A stretch of DNA of 64,000 nt, from assembly GCA_963540515.1 (NCBI GenBank), contig CAUTNA010000001.1, forward strand, positions 5,420 to 69,419, written 5' to 3'. The stretch comes from an uncultured Alphaproteobacteria bacterium (GTDB taxonomy: Bacteria > Pseudomonadota > Alphaproteobacteria > Rs-D84). The position numbers were made by a program, and so were the translations under genes. The notes under the pieces are model-generated. The model was given only the letters and a program-made list of their open reading frames with translations. It was not told the DNA's origin and searched no databases. Within the stretch, counting starts at the first letter, position 1. Each line of letters starts with the position of its first letter. Shown here in pieces: positions 19,513 through 28,796 of the stretch.

Positions 19513-20003
19513 AAATGACAAAAGAATTTGCAGAAAAAAGACTTTCTTTTTTATTTATGGAAGACATGCCAATTATAGAACATAAAATAGTTATAACAAA
19601 ATTATCATCAGATTGGTTTTCAAATTATAAAAAAGTAAGAAGTAATTTTTTAAAAAAAATAACAAATTCTTTAGATGAATTATTTTGGCTAAATTTAAGT
19701 GAAAAATCAATAATGGATCTATTAACAAAAGAAAAAATACCAAATAATATATCTTTACGATTTAGAATACCAATTATCTATGGAGGAGAAATATCTGTTG
19801 AAAATATGTTTTTATGTAAAACATTTCCCCATTCTTACAATATTGATAAATTTTTATCTGAACAAATCGGACAAGAAAATATATGGCTTCCAAATCCTAA
19901 AAAAGATATTTATGTTCCTATTCATACAAGTGCTACAAGTGGTGGTGGAAATGGTACAAATTTAATACAAACAGCAAATTCAATGCCAAACTATGAGATG
20001 TAA
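19509..20003 (+). CDS. Hypothetical protein (164 aa) with a Gly-rich C-terminus 'SATSGGGNGTN'
   Basis: Start ATG overlaps the upstream stop (ATGA). No known motif recognised. Confidence 0.4.
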   Translation: MKMTKEFAEKRLSFLFMEDMPIIEHKIVITKLSSDWFSNYKKVRSNFLKKITNSLDELFWLNLSEKSIMDLLTKEKIPNNISLRFRIPIIYGGEISVENMFLCKTFPHSYNIDKFLSEQIGQENIWLPNPKKDIYVPIHTSATSGGGNGTNLIQTANSMPNYEM

Positions 20004-20435
20004 ATGAATACAGAAGATATAATTTCTTTTGCAAAATCAAAAGGTGCAGAATTAGCAAATGCTGCAGATCACAATTCACTTATAAAAGTTAATAGTAATC
20101 TGTCTTTTATACATAAAGCAATATTACCGAAATTTATTAATAATCTATATAAATATACAAATTCTATACTACTTGGAAATTCTTGTATATATGGAACAGA
20201 AGATATAAAAAATTCAAGATATTTTATACCATCAATATTGAATGTTAATCGTGATTTTCAAATATATGATAAATTAGGTGAAAAAACTATTTTTGGAAGA
20301 AATGATCTATTTTTATTTTGTTTTGATACTTTATCAAATTGCTATATGTTAGATAATATAACCTTTAATACTGTAAAATCATATACAGAACCAGAACAAG
20401 CTTTATATGATTGTATAGCGATTGGTACAATATGA
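20004..20435 (+). CDS. Hypothetical protein (143 aa)
   Basis: Start directly abuts the upstream stop (TAAATG). No known motif recognised. Confidence 0.4.
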   Translation: MNTEDIISFAKSKGAELANAADHNSLIKVNSNLSFIHKAILPKFINNLYKYTNSILLGNSCIYGTEDIKNSRYFIPSILNVNRDFQIYDKLGEKTIFGRNDLFLFCFDTLSNCYMLDNITFNTVKSYTEPEQALYDCIAIGTI

Positions 20436-20647
20436 AGAAATTATCATTATCTTTATCAGGTCATAAAACAAGCATAAGTATAGAAAAAGAATTTATAGAT
20501 CTTTTAAAAAAGATATCTATTGAAGAAAATAAATCAATATCTTCTATTGTAAACCTTATAGACAATAACAGAAAGCCAGATTCTAATCTTTCTTCTGAAG
20601 TAAGAATATGGATCCTGAATAAATTAATGAATAAATCAAAATTATAA
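20432..20647 (+). CDS. Ribbon-helix-helix DNA-binding protein (RHH_4 / PF13467-like)
   Basis: 'KKLSLSLSGHKTSISIEKEFIDLLKKISIEENKSISSIVNLID' matches the RHH_4 pattern (basic residues, 'GH-TSISLE-EFW', 'SL--LI--ID'). The ATG at 20432 overlaps the upstream TGA; the track's 20411 start is an in-frame extension. Confidence 0.6.
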   Translation: MKKLSLSLSGHKTSISIEKEFIDLLKKISIEENKSISSIVNLIDNNRKPDSNLSSEVRIWILNKLMNKSKL

Positions 20648-22544
20648 TCATCCACCAATCTCTACCAACTATTCTATAAATTGTTTCATGAGCTCCGTAA
20701 AAACTGCCATCTAAAACACCTCTTTCTCCTATATTTAAGCTTAATATTATTTTTCCATCAGGCGCTATAAAGGCACTTATTCCTGAATAATTAGATCTCG
20801 CTATTGGAAGTCCTGATTCTACAGCGTATCTTCTTACCATATCTAAATGTTGATAAGTACCTTTTGTTTTTCCAAACCAAGTATCATTTGTAATATTAAT
20901 TATTAAATCAGGAGAAGTTATTTTATTTTTTGAATTTAAAGAATTTGAAAAAATTATTTCATAACATATTGCTGGTATAAAAGATAATGATTTATTAGAA
21001 ACCTTTGTTGAAATAATTTCAGTTCCTATTCCTTTAGATAATATACCAGGACTTGGTATTAAATTACCAAATGGAGAATACTCTCCGAATGGAACTAAAT
21101 GAGATTTATTATATATTTTTTCCAATTCACCTTTTTCATTTATCAGTAATAATGAATTATACAATTTGTTATTATCGTAAGATAAAGAACCTATTATTAT
21201 TTTTTTATTTAAATTCTTTGTAAAATCAAAATTACTGTTTTCTGTTATAACAAAAGGATATGTTGTTTCAGGAAAAATTATAAGATCGATATTTGTAATG
21301 TTATTAGTTGATAGTTTAATTAAATTATTTATTTTATCTTTTGCTTCTGTAATAGAATCTTTAAAAAAGACCGATTTTTCTGATTGAATAGTTGCAGGTT
21401 GAACCAGTCTTATAACGATCGATTTATTATTATCTAAATTGGATTTTTTAATATTATAAAATCCAAATAAACAACCTATAAAAGATAATAAAATGAAAAA
21501 TAAAAAATTTATATAATTAAATTTATTTTTATAATCTATCAAAATTTCAATAAATGATGATATTAAACCAGATATTACAAAAGTTAATCCTAAACTACCC
21601 CAGAAAGATATAGAATTAAAGATTAAAGAATAATTTATAAAAATGTTAGATAAAGGGTTCCAAGGAAGACCTGTAAAAATCCACTCACGAAACCATAAAC
21701 TAAGTGTTATAAATAATGAAAATAAAACAGGTCTATATATTGATTTACAAGATATACGCATTATAGATATATATGGAATAGAAAAAAATATTCCTCCAAA
21801 TAATCCTATAGAAATTAAAATAGGAATTGTCCAAACAGCAAATTGCTCACTAAGTTCAGGAACTACATAAATAGAATTCACAACCCAACCAAACATAGAT
21901 ACAGAATAAATAGAAGAAAATGGAAATATAAATTTTAATAAATGAAATATTGATAATTTTTTTTCTATATTTCTTATTGAATAAAAATACACCAAAGCAA
22001 ATCCAATTATAGATATAAAAAATAAATTATATGGTGCAAAGCCTAGAGAAGCAAAAATACCAGCTATTATAAAAACAAATATCCTGATTATATTATTTTT
22101 AAAAAATAAATTTAATTTTGTTTCATCTTCATATGGATTTTTTATTCCTAATTTCTTTAAATTTAAAATTTCTAAATTTTCCATCTCTTGTGCTTGTTTT
22201 TCTTCTATATGATCAAAACCCATCAAATGTAAAAGTCCATGAATAACTAAATGAGTTGCATGATCTTCAAAAGATTTATTTTCTTTTTTTGCTTGTTTTT
22301 TAACAGTTTCAAAAGATATAAAAATATCACCTAAAAGATAATTATCACCAGTTTCAAAAGATAATACATTTGTTGGTTTATCTATTTTTCTATATTTTTT
22401 ATTTAATTGTCTTATTTCTTTATCACAAGTAAGTATTATTGATACTTCAGATTCTTTTGAAGAATTTACAGTATTTACTATATTGTCATAATCAATATTA
22501 TAATTTTTCCATCTTTTATCATCATAATTTACTATAACTTTCAT
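20583..22544 (-). CDS. In-frame fusion of endoribonuclease YbeY (N-terminal, about 150 aa) and apolipoprotein N-acyltransferase Lnt (about 500 aa)
   Basis: YbeY zinc motif 'HGLLHLMGFDH' and a C-terminal 'KLGIKNPYED'. This is followed within about 10 residues by Lnt's first TM 'IFVFIIAGIFASLGFAPYNLFF', an 8-TM region, and a CN-hydrolase domain with the catalytic Cys in 'PAICYE'. Confidence 0.75.
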   Translation of the reverse strand: MKVIVNYDDKRWKNYNIDYDNIVNTVNSSKESEVSIILTCDKEIRQLNKKYRKIDKPTNVLSFETGDNYLLGDIFISFETVKKQAKKENKSFEDHATHLVIHGLLHLMGFDHIEEKQAQEMENLEILNLKKLGIKNPYEDETKLNLFFKNNIIRIFVFIIAGIFASLGFAPYNLFFISIIGFALVYFYSIRNIEKKLSIFHLLKFIFPFSSIYSVSMFGWVVNSIYVVPELSEQFAVWTIPILISIGLFGGIFFSIPYISIMRISCKSIYRPVLFSLFITLSLWFREWIFTGLPWNPLSNIFINYSLIFNSISFWGSLGLTFVISGLISSFIEILIDYKNKFNYINFLFFILLSFIGCLFGFYNIKKSNLDNNKSIVIRLVQPATIQSEKSVFFKDSITEAKDKINNLIKLSTNNITNIDLIIFPETTYPFVITENSNFDFTKNLNKKIIIGSLSYDNNKLYNSLLLINEKGELEKIYNKSHLVPFGEYSPFGNLIPSPGILSKGIGTEIISTKVSNKSLSFIPAICYEIIFSNSLNSKNKITSPDLIINITNDTWFGKTKGTYQHLDMVRRYAVESGLPIARSNYSGISAFIAPDGKIILSLNIGERGVLDGSFYGAHETIYRIVGRDWWMIIILIYSLIYSGSIFLLQKKD

Positions 22545-22629
22545 AATAATTACCTATATATTTTTTTGTATAATAATATATTATAAATACAAATTCATAA
22601 AATTAATTATTATAATAACTTAGATAAAA

Positions 22630-23892
22630 ATGAGTAAACTTAAAAAACCTCTTGCAGAATCAATAAGACCATCAAAAATGGAAGATATAATCGGTCAATC
22701 TCATTTATTAGGAGAAAACGGTTTTATAAAAAAAATGATTGATAATAATCAATTGTTTAATTTAATACTATGGGGTCCTCCTGGATGTGGTAAAACAACA
22801 ATAGCAAAATCTCTAGCAAATTTATCAGATATAAATTTTGTATCTATGTCTGCTGTATTTAGTGGTACAGCAGATATAAAAAAAATTATAGAATTATCAA
22901 AAAATGACTTAAAGAAAACTTTATTATTTATAGATGAAATTCACAGATTTAATAAAACCCAACAAGATGTTTTATTACCTTATATAGAAGATGGAACAAT
23001 AATTTTTATAGGTGCAACTACTGAAAATCCTAGCTTTAATTTAAATAATGCTTTGATATCAAGATGTCATATATGCGTATTAAAACCTTTAACAAAACAA
23101 GATTTATTAGTATTAGAAACTAAAATTTTAAAAGATTCTAATTTAAAATTATCTGAAGAACTAAAATTACATATTGCTAATATATCCGAAGGAGATGCAC
23201 GTTTTTTGATAAATATTATGGAATATTTATTAACTGTGAATTTTCAGAATGAAATTTCTATAGAAGATTTTGATAAACTAATACAAAAACATTTACCAAA
23301 TTCTGACAAAACTGGAGATGAACATTACAATTTAATTTCAGCTGTTCATAAATCACTGAGAGCTAGTGATACTGATGCTGCACTTTATTGGGTAGCGCGT
23401 ATGATAATATCTGGACAAGATCCAAATTATATATTTAGAAGACTTACAAGATTTGCAATGGAAGATATAGGATTAGCAGATCCAAATGCCTTACAAATAT
23501 CAATCAGTGCATGGCAAGCATATGAAAGACTCGGAAGTCCAGAAGGTGATTTGGCTTTAACAGAACTTGTAATATACTTAGGAACAGCTCCTAAAAGTAT
23601 AGGAAATTATCTAGCACAAAAATCTGCTTTCAAATTAGCAAAAGAATATCAAAATTTAATGCCACCAAAAAACATTTTAAACGCTCCAACAAAAATGATG
23701 AAAACTTTAGGATATAACGAAGATTATATATATGATCCTGATACAAAAAATAGCTTTTCTGGACAAAATTGTTTTCCAGAAGAACTTTCAAGAGTACAAT
23801 TATATAAACCAATGAATCGAGGTTTTGAAAGAGAAATTCAAAAAAGGATAGATTATTGGAACCGAATTAGAAACCAGTTAAATAAAAACTAG
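22630..23892 (+). CDS. rarA: Replication-associated recombination protein A (AAA+ ATPase RarA/MgsA)
   Basis: Walker A 'GPPGCGKTT', Walker B 'LFIDEIHRF', and a MgsA C-terminal domain. Confidence 0.85.
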   Translation: MSKLKKPLAESIRPSKMEDIIGQSHLLGENGFIKKMIDNNQLFNLILWGPPGCGKTTIAKSLANLSDINFVSMSAVFSGTADIKKIIELSKNDLKKTLLFIDEIHRFNKTQQDVLLPYIEDGTIIFIGATTENPSFNLNNALISRCHICVLKPLTKQDLLVLETKILKDSNLKLSEELKLHIANISEGDARFLINIMEYLLTVNFQNEISIEDFDKLIQKHLPNSDKTGDEHYNLISAVHKSLRASDTDAALYWVARMIISGQDPNYIFRRLTRFAMEDIGLADPNALQISISAWQAYERLGSPEGDLALTELVIYLGTAPKSIGNYLAQKSAFKLAKEYQNLMPPKNILNAPTKMMKTLGYNEDYIYDPDTKNSFSGQNCFPEELSRVQLYKPMNRGFEREIQKRIDYWNRIRNQLNKN

Positions 23893-24609
23893 CTAAAATA
23901 AAACATTTAATTTTAATCCGTACCTATATTCATTTTTCTCAAATTCATATCCAGCATGTCCGATATATTGAGTTCTGCCATATCTACGTATTAACTTAAA
24001 AGCAACCCATTCTTCATCAAAAGAAGTATTAGTTGATTTTTGTAAATCAAAATTTAACCCCATCATCCAAACATCAGATAATCTAAAATAAATTTCTGGA
24101 ATGAAGTTCAAATATGCCATTCCATTATATTTATCAAAAATCCAACTTGATTTAAAAGTAGAAGCAAGTGTTACACTTGACCATTTATGACCAACACGAA
24201 CCCCACCATAATACACTGTGTTTGAAAACTCTCTTGCAGTTACTCCATTTTTTTTACCAAAATCAATACCTAGTATTAAGTCTGTTGTAAACCTTGAATC
24301 ATAATCTGTAGAATTAGATAAACGAAAAGTAGACTTTAAACCAATATTTGAAAACCCATCATCTGCCCTATTCAAATCTTCTTGATATTTAACACTTGCA
24401 GATAAAGAAAAACCATCAACTATACCATAAGAAAAAGACTGAGATACTTTTAAAATTTTCTTCTGAAAATATATATCTGAACGAGATAAAAAATCACCCC
24501 TAGATTCTATAAAAATAGGATCAGCAGTGTCGAATGCAACATTTGCATTCACCCCAAAACTCAACATAAAAAGAAATAAAAACAAGGATGATTTTTTTAT
24601 GAATCTCAT
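23893..24609 (-). CDS. Outer-membrane beta-barrel protein (small)
   Basis: Signal peptide, alternating amphipathic beta-strands, and a C-terminal aromatic 'LNVLF' terminus. Confidence 0.5.
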   Translation of the reverse strand: MRFIKKSSLFLFLFMLSFGVNANVAFDTADPIFIESRGDFLSRSDIYFQKKILKVSQSFSYGIVDGFSLSASVKYQEDLNRADDGFSNIGLKSTFRLSNSTDYDSRFTTDLILGIDFGKKNGVTAREFSNTVYYGGVRVGHKWSSVTLASTFKSSWIFDKYNGMAYLNFIPEIYFRLSDVWMMGLNFDLQKSTNTSFDEEWVAFKLIRRYGRTQYIGHAGYEFEKNEYRYGLKLNVLF

Positions 24610-24629
24610 CGAAAAAACCTTTAATTATT

Positions 24630-25817
24630 TTAAAATAAGAATATAAACTGTGCCCCTAATGAAAATTCCCTATGATCTTTGATATTTGCCTTACCTTGAG
24701 GTCCTAAATATGCCCCAGCACGATAACCATGGGTCTCCAAGTTCATACCATTAGCACTATCGTAAACACTGGTTACACCATAGAAATTTAATGAAAAATA
24801 CTTTGAAGATTGCCAACCTATACTTGCTTTCAAATTAGCTTGATTGTGCCAGTCATAATTTCCAAACACACCTTCTAAATTAAGAGTTAAAGATTCATCT
24901 AAAACACTAAATAATCCAAGTCCTGCTTCTAAAAACGAAACATTTTTAATACCTGTTTTATAAGCTAAAAAGAATAATTGATCAGTAGTTTTATCATATA
25001 ATCCATCACCATAAGAGTCTTTTTCAAAATTCAAAAAACTACCTCTAGCTAGAGCATAAAATGTAGAAGTTTTCATTTTTGAACCAATTTTTAAATCAGC
25101 TGTGAAAGAATCAAACATATCTTTTTGTTTTTGATAGTACCCTGCTATAGTTCCAATCCACTGTGAATCATCAAGAAATCTCCATTGACCACCAATACCA
25201 AACAAATTAATACCAGTATTCGAATTCTTATCATTACCATTTACAGTCCAATCAAGACTATAATTAGAATAATTATATTTAAGCATACCTAAAAGAGAAA
25301 AAGAATCTGATAATCCAAAACTTATATCTTCTTTTACTCCAACATGTTCTGCTTTCCAATTTGCTTTTTCATTTGCTAAAGCACCAACACCATTAATCAT
25401 ATCAAAACTATAAGAACTTTGACCAAATGAAATATCTGTTACAGATCCAAATTGCCCCTTAAGTGGTTGAAAAAATGGATGAGATAAATAATATTTTCTT
25501 GAGGAATCATTACTAGATGAATATATTCTGGATCTTTCTCTATAAGATCTTGAATCATCATATTCTTTATAAAGATTATTTCTTCTATTTGCTAATGGCT
25601 CAGAATAATATTCAATATCTTTTGTATCTGAATTATAGTTTGATATTCCTGAAGACCTTGTTTCATATTTTCTATAATTTATTTTAGTTTTTCTTTTAAC
25701 ATCAGGAGCATCTGTCAAATTTATACTAGAAGCACCTTTGGCACCAAAATTAGTCTCAGAAAAACCGATAGAACAAACAGATAAAATCGAAACAAAAAAT
25801 ATCAAAAATTTTTTCAT
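24630..25817 (-). CDS. Outer-membrane beta-barrel protein (porin-like)
   Basis: Signal peptide, Y/G/S-rich beta-strand pattern, and a C-terminal 'AQFIFLF'. Confidence 0.5.
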   Translation of the reverse strand: MKKFLIFFVSILSVCSIGFSETNFGAKGASSINLTDAPDVKRKTKINYRKYETRSSGISNYNSDTKDIEYYSEPLANRRNNLYKEYDDSRSYRERSRIYSSSNDSSRKYYLSHPFFQPLKGQFGSVTDISFGQSSYSFDMINGVGALANEKANWKAEHVGVKEDISFGLSDSFSLLGMLKYNYSNYSLDWTVNGNDKNSNTGINLFGIGGQWRFLDDSQWIGTIAGYYQKQKDMFDSFTADLKIGSKMKTSTFYALARGSFLNFEKDSYGDGLYDKTTDQLFFLAYKTGIKNVSFLEAGLGLFSVLDESLTLNLEGVFGNYDWHNQANLKASIGWQSSKYFSLNFYGVTSVYDSANGMNLETHGYRAGAYLGPQGKANIKDHREFSLGAQFIFLF

Positions 25818-25888
25818 AAAATTAATCCTTAAAATATAAGCTGAACCATTATACCATTTTTTTACAAATAAATCAATTCGTCTATATA

Positions 25889-28102
25889 TTATAGTAAATT
25901 TCTTTTACCTGTGGCATCTGGTTTAGTAATTATTCCTTCTTCTTCCATTTTTTCTATAAGAGTTGCAGCTTTATTATAACCTATCCCAAGTCTTCTTTGA
26001 AGATAAGATATTGTAGGCTTTTTATCTCTTATTACTATTTCTTTTGCTTGTTCATATAATCCAGAATTTTTTTCTTCCTTTAAGAGGGATGTAGAATTAA
26101 TACTATAAGAATTTGAAGAATCCTCATTTTCAACTATTGAAGATACATAATCAGGTTCCCCCTGCATTCTTAAAAAGTCCGCAACTTTGTTAATTTCTAA
26201 ATTTTCTATCAAAGCCCCATGAACCCTTACTGGATCACGTCCAGCTTCTGAAAATAACATATCTCCACATGGTAATAATTGTTCAGCTCCCTTTTGTCCA
26301 AGTGTTGTTCCACTATCAATAGCGCTTCTAGCTTGAAAAGATATTCTAGTTGGAAAATTAGCTTTTATAACACCAGTTATAACTGTAGTATCAGGTCTTT
26401 GTGTAGCCATTACCAAATGCATTCCTGCAGCTCTTGCTTTTTGTGCAAGACGTTGAACACAAGCTTCAACATCTTTACGAGCAACAGACATTAAATCTGC
26501 TACCTCATCTATTACTATGACCAAATATGGCATAATAGATAAATCAATTTCCTTATCTTGATATTCAAATTCACCAGTTTCTTCATTTCTTCCAACAACA
26601 ATTCTTTCAAATTTCTTTTCTCCTTTATTTTTTAAAGAACCGACTACTTCATTATAACCTTCTATATTTTGAACCCCAAACTTTTTGAGTTTCATATACC
26701 TATCTTCCATTTCTCTTACACACCATTTAAGAGCATTAACGGAACTATTTGCATCTGTTAAAACTGGAGATATTAAGTTAGGTATTCCATCCCAAAGTGT
26801 AAAATCAACCCCCTTAGGATCTATTATTAATAATTTACATTTATCTGGAGTAAAATGATAAAGTATTGACATTATAATAGACTGAACAAAAACTGATTTT
26901 CCAGATCCAGTTCTACCAGCAATCAAAAGGTGCGGCATTTTAGCAAGATCAACATATATTGGATTACCACCAATATTTAAACCTAATGCAAGAGGTATTC
27001 TTTGTTTTGAATTAGTAAACTGATTATCTGTTATTATAGATCTTAGTCTTATATCTTTATCTGGTTTATCTGCTATTTCTATACCAATATTTTGAGTCAT
27101 AGGAATGTGTGCCATACGAATTTTTGAAGATCTCATAACTCTGGTTATATCTTCCGAAAGACTAATAATTTTTTCTGTTTTAATTCCACTATTCGGTAAA
27201 TATTCATACAAAGTAATAATTGGACCAGGTTTAATATTAACAATTTTTCCATGGATCCCAAATTCTTCAAAAGCAGCTTCAAGTGCTACAGCTTTCATTT
27301 TAAGAATAGTTGTAATCGAATTATTACCAAGTGTAGATTGTTCAAGAAAAATAGGATCTGGAAGCTTATACTTCGGCTCTTCTACTGTTTTTATTATATT
27401 TTTTGAATTTTCTTTTTTTATAATGCTATTTTTTTTCTTATTTAAATTAAACTTATGTTTTTTATTTGTTGAAATAGATTCTTGATAAATTTTATCTTCT
27501 GATTCATTCTTATTATGAATGAACATAGATAATATAAATGAAAACTTATTACCTATAAAATATGATATAAAATATATGTCAGAATATTTTATATGCAGAA
27601 TTTGAAAAGCAGAAGCAACAAAACAAATTAATAATAATACACCTAATAAAAAACTAAAATTATTAAATACATAATATATATCTTTTGATATCATATATCC
27701 AAAAATACCTGAAAAAGCTTTATTTCTGAAAACTAAGCCTATTCCAGATATTCCAAAAAATAAAGTATTTATAAATTTTAATAACTTATATAAACTAAAA
27801 CTAAATTTTATTCCAATCGAAAGGTATAAAAATAATCTTGATGTTGTTAAAAATAAAAACAATGTAGGAACAAAACCAATTGAATAAATTAACAAACTTA
27901 TTAAATATCCTATAAACCCATGTTCTCCAAAATTACCATAAGAAAAAAATCCATTTAAATATGGATTAAAATTAAATAATGAAAAAATTGTATAAATATT
28001 TATTAAAAATAGTACTTGAAAAAAAATAAACTTTAATGTTGCAATTAAAGCACTAGAAACTCTTTCTGGTAAAAACTTTATACTTTTATCCATATCTACC
28101 AT
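25889..28102 (-). CDS. ftsK: DNA translocase FtsK
   Basis: N-terminal TM domain, 'AGRTGSGKS' Walker A, 'VIVIDEVADL' Walker B, and a C-terminal gamma-domain-like wHTH. Confidence 0.9.
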   Translation of the reverse strand: MVDMDKSIKFLPERVSSALIATLKFIFFQVLFLINIYTIFSLFNFNPYLNGFFSYGNFGEHGFIGYLISLLIYSIGFVPTLFLFLTTSRLFLYLSIGIKFSFSLYKLLKFINTLFFGISGIGLVFRNKAFSGIFGYMISKDIYYVFNNFSFLLGVLLLICFVASAFQILHIKYSDIYFISYFIGNKFSFILSMFIHNKNESEDKIYQESISTNKKHKFNLNKKKNSIIKKENSKNIIKTVEEPKYKLPDPIFLEQSTLGNNSITTILKMKAVALEAAFEEFGIHGKIVNIKPGPIITLYEYLPNSGIKTEKIISLSEDITRVMRSSKIRMAHIPMTQNIGIEIADKPDKDIRLRSIITDNQFTNSKQRIPLALGLNIGGNPIYVDLAKMPHLLIAGRTGSGKSVFVQSIIMSILYHFTPDKCKLLIIDPKGVDFTLWDGIPNLISPVLTDANSSVNALKWCVREMEDRYMKLKKFGVQNIEGYNEVVGSLKNKGEKKFERIVVGRNEETGEFEYQDKEIDLSIMPYLVIVIDEVADLMSVARKDVEACVQRLAQKARAAGMHLVMATQRPDTTVITGVIKANFPTRISFQARSAIDSGTTLGQKGAEQLLPCGDMLFSEAGRDPVRVHGALIENLEINKVADFLRMQGEPDYVSSIVENEDSSNSYSINSTSLLKEEKNSGLYEQAKEIVIRDKKPTISYLQRRLGIGYNKAATLIEKMEEEGIITKPDATGKRNLL

Positions 28103-28127
28103 TTTAACATAAAAAGAATGATATTTT

Positions 28128-28796
28128 TTAATTATTTTTATAAATATATTTATAAGAAATCCAAGAAGCTAATACACCTATAAAAGATCCAAGAATAACA
28201 TCTGAGAGAAAGTGAGCACCAAAACACACCCTTGATATTCCTATTAGAAATCCAATCAAATAGACAATTATATTTAACTTTTTATGAAAAAAAACAATTA
28301 TTCCTAAAACAGCAAAAGATGAAGATGTATGTCCAGACGGCATAGAATTAAAAGCCCAATCTGAAGTAAAAGGATAAAAACCAGATATATTTAAAGCTTC
28401 GAAAAAAACTGGTCTTTGACGTCCCAAACAATATTTTAATAAAATAGTCAATACTATCGATATTAATAAAGAATAAATAATTATAAAAAATTTAGATTTT
28501 CTAGATTTATTTAATAAGTCTAATAAAAATAATTTTTTATTATCTATTTTTTTAAAACCTATAAAATATCTTTTTATAATATATCTATGTTTTATGGAAT
28601 AATATATTCCAAATATAATTAAGTATAATAACCAGAATTTAGTACTAAAAAAAGTATCAAATAAAGACCACAAATAGATATTATAATTTCTAAAAAATAA
28701 AAATAATTCCTTATCAAAAATAACAGAGCACACAAATACAACTAGTATTATGAATGAAAGAAGAAATAATTTAATATTTTTACTGTTATTTATCAT
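28128..28796 (-). CDS. PAP2-family membrane phosphatase
   Basis: 'KYCLGRQRP' (KxxxxxxRP), 'PSGH' and 'SRVCFGAHFLSD' (SRxxxxxHxxxD) phosphatase motifs. Six TM segments. Confidence 0.75.
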   Translation of the reverse strand: MINNSKNIKLFLLSFIILVVFVCSVIFDKELFLFFRNYNIYLWSLFDTFFSTKFWLLYLIIFGIYYSIKHRYIIKRYFIGFKKIDNKKLFLLDLLNKSRKSKFFIIIYSLLISIVLTILLKYCLGRQRPVFFEALNISGFYPFTSDWAFNSMPSGHTSSSFAVLGIIVFFHKKLNIIVYLIGFLIGISRVCFGAHFLSDVILGSFIGVLASWISYKYIYKNN

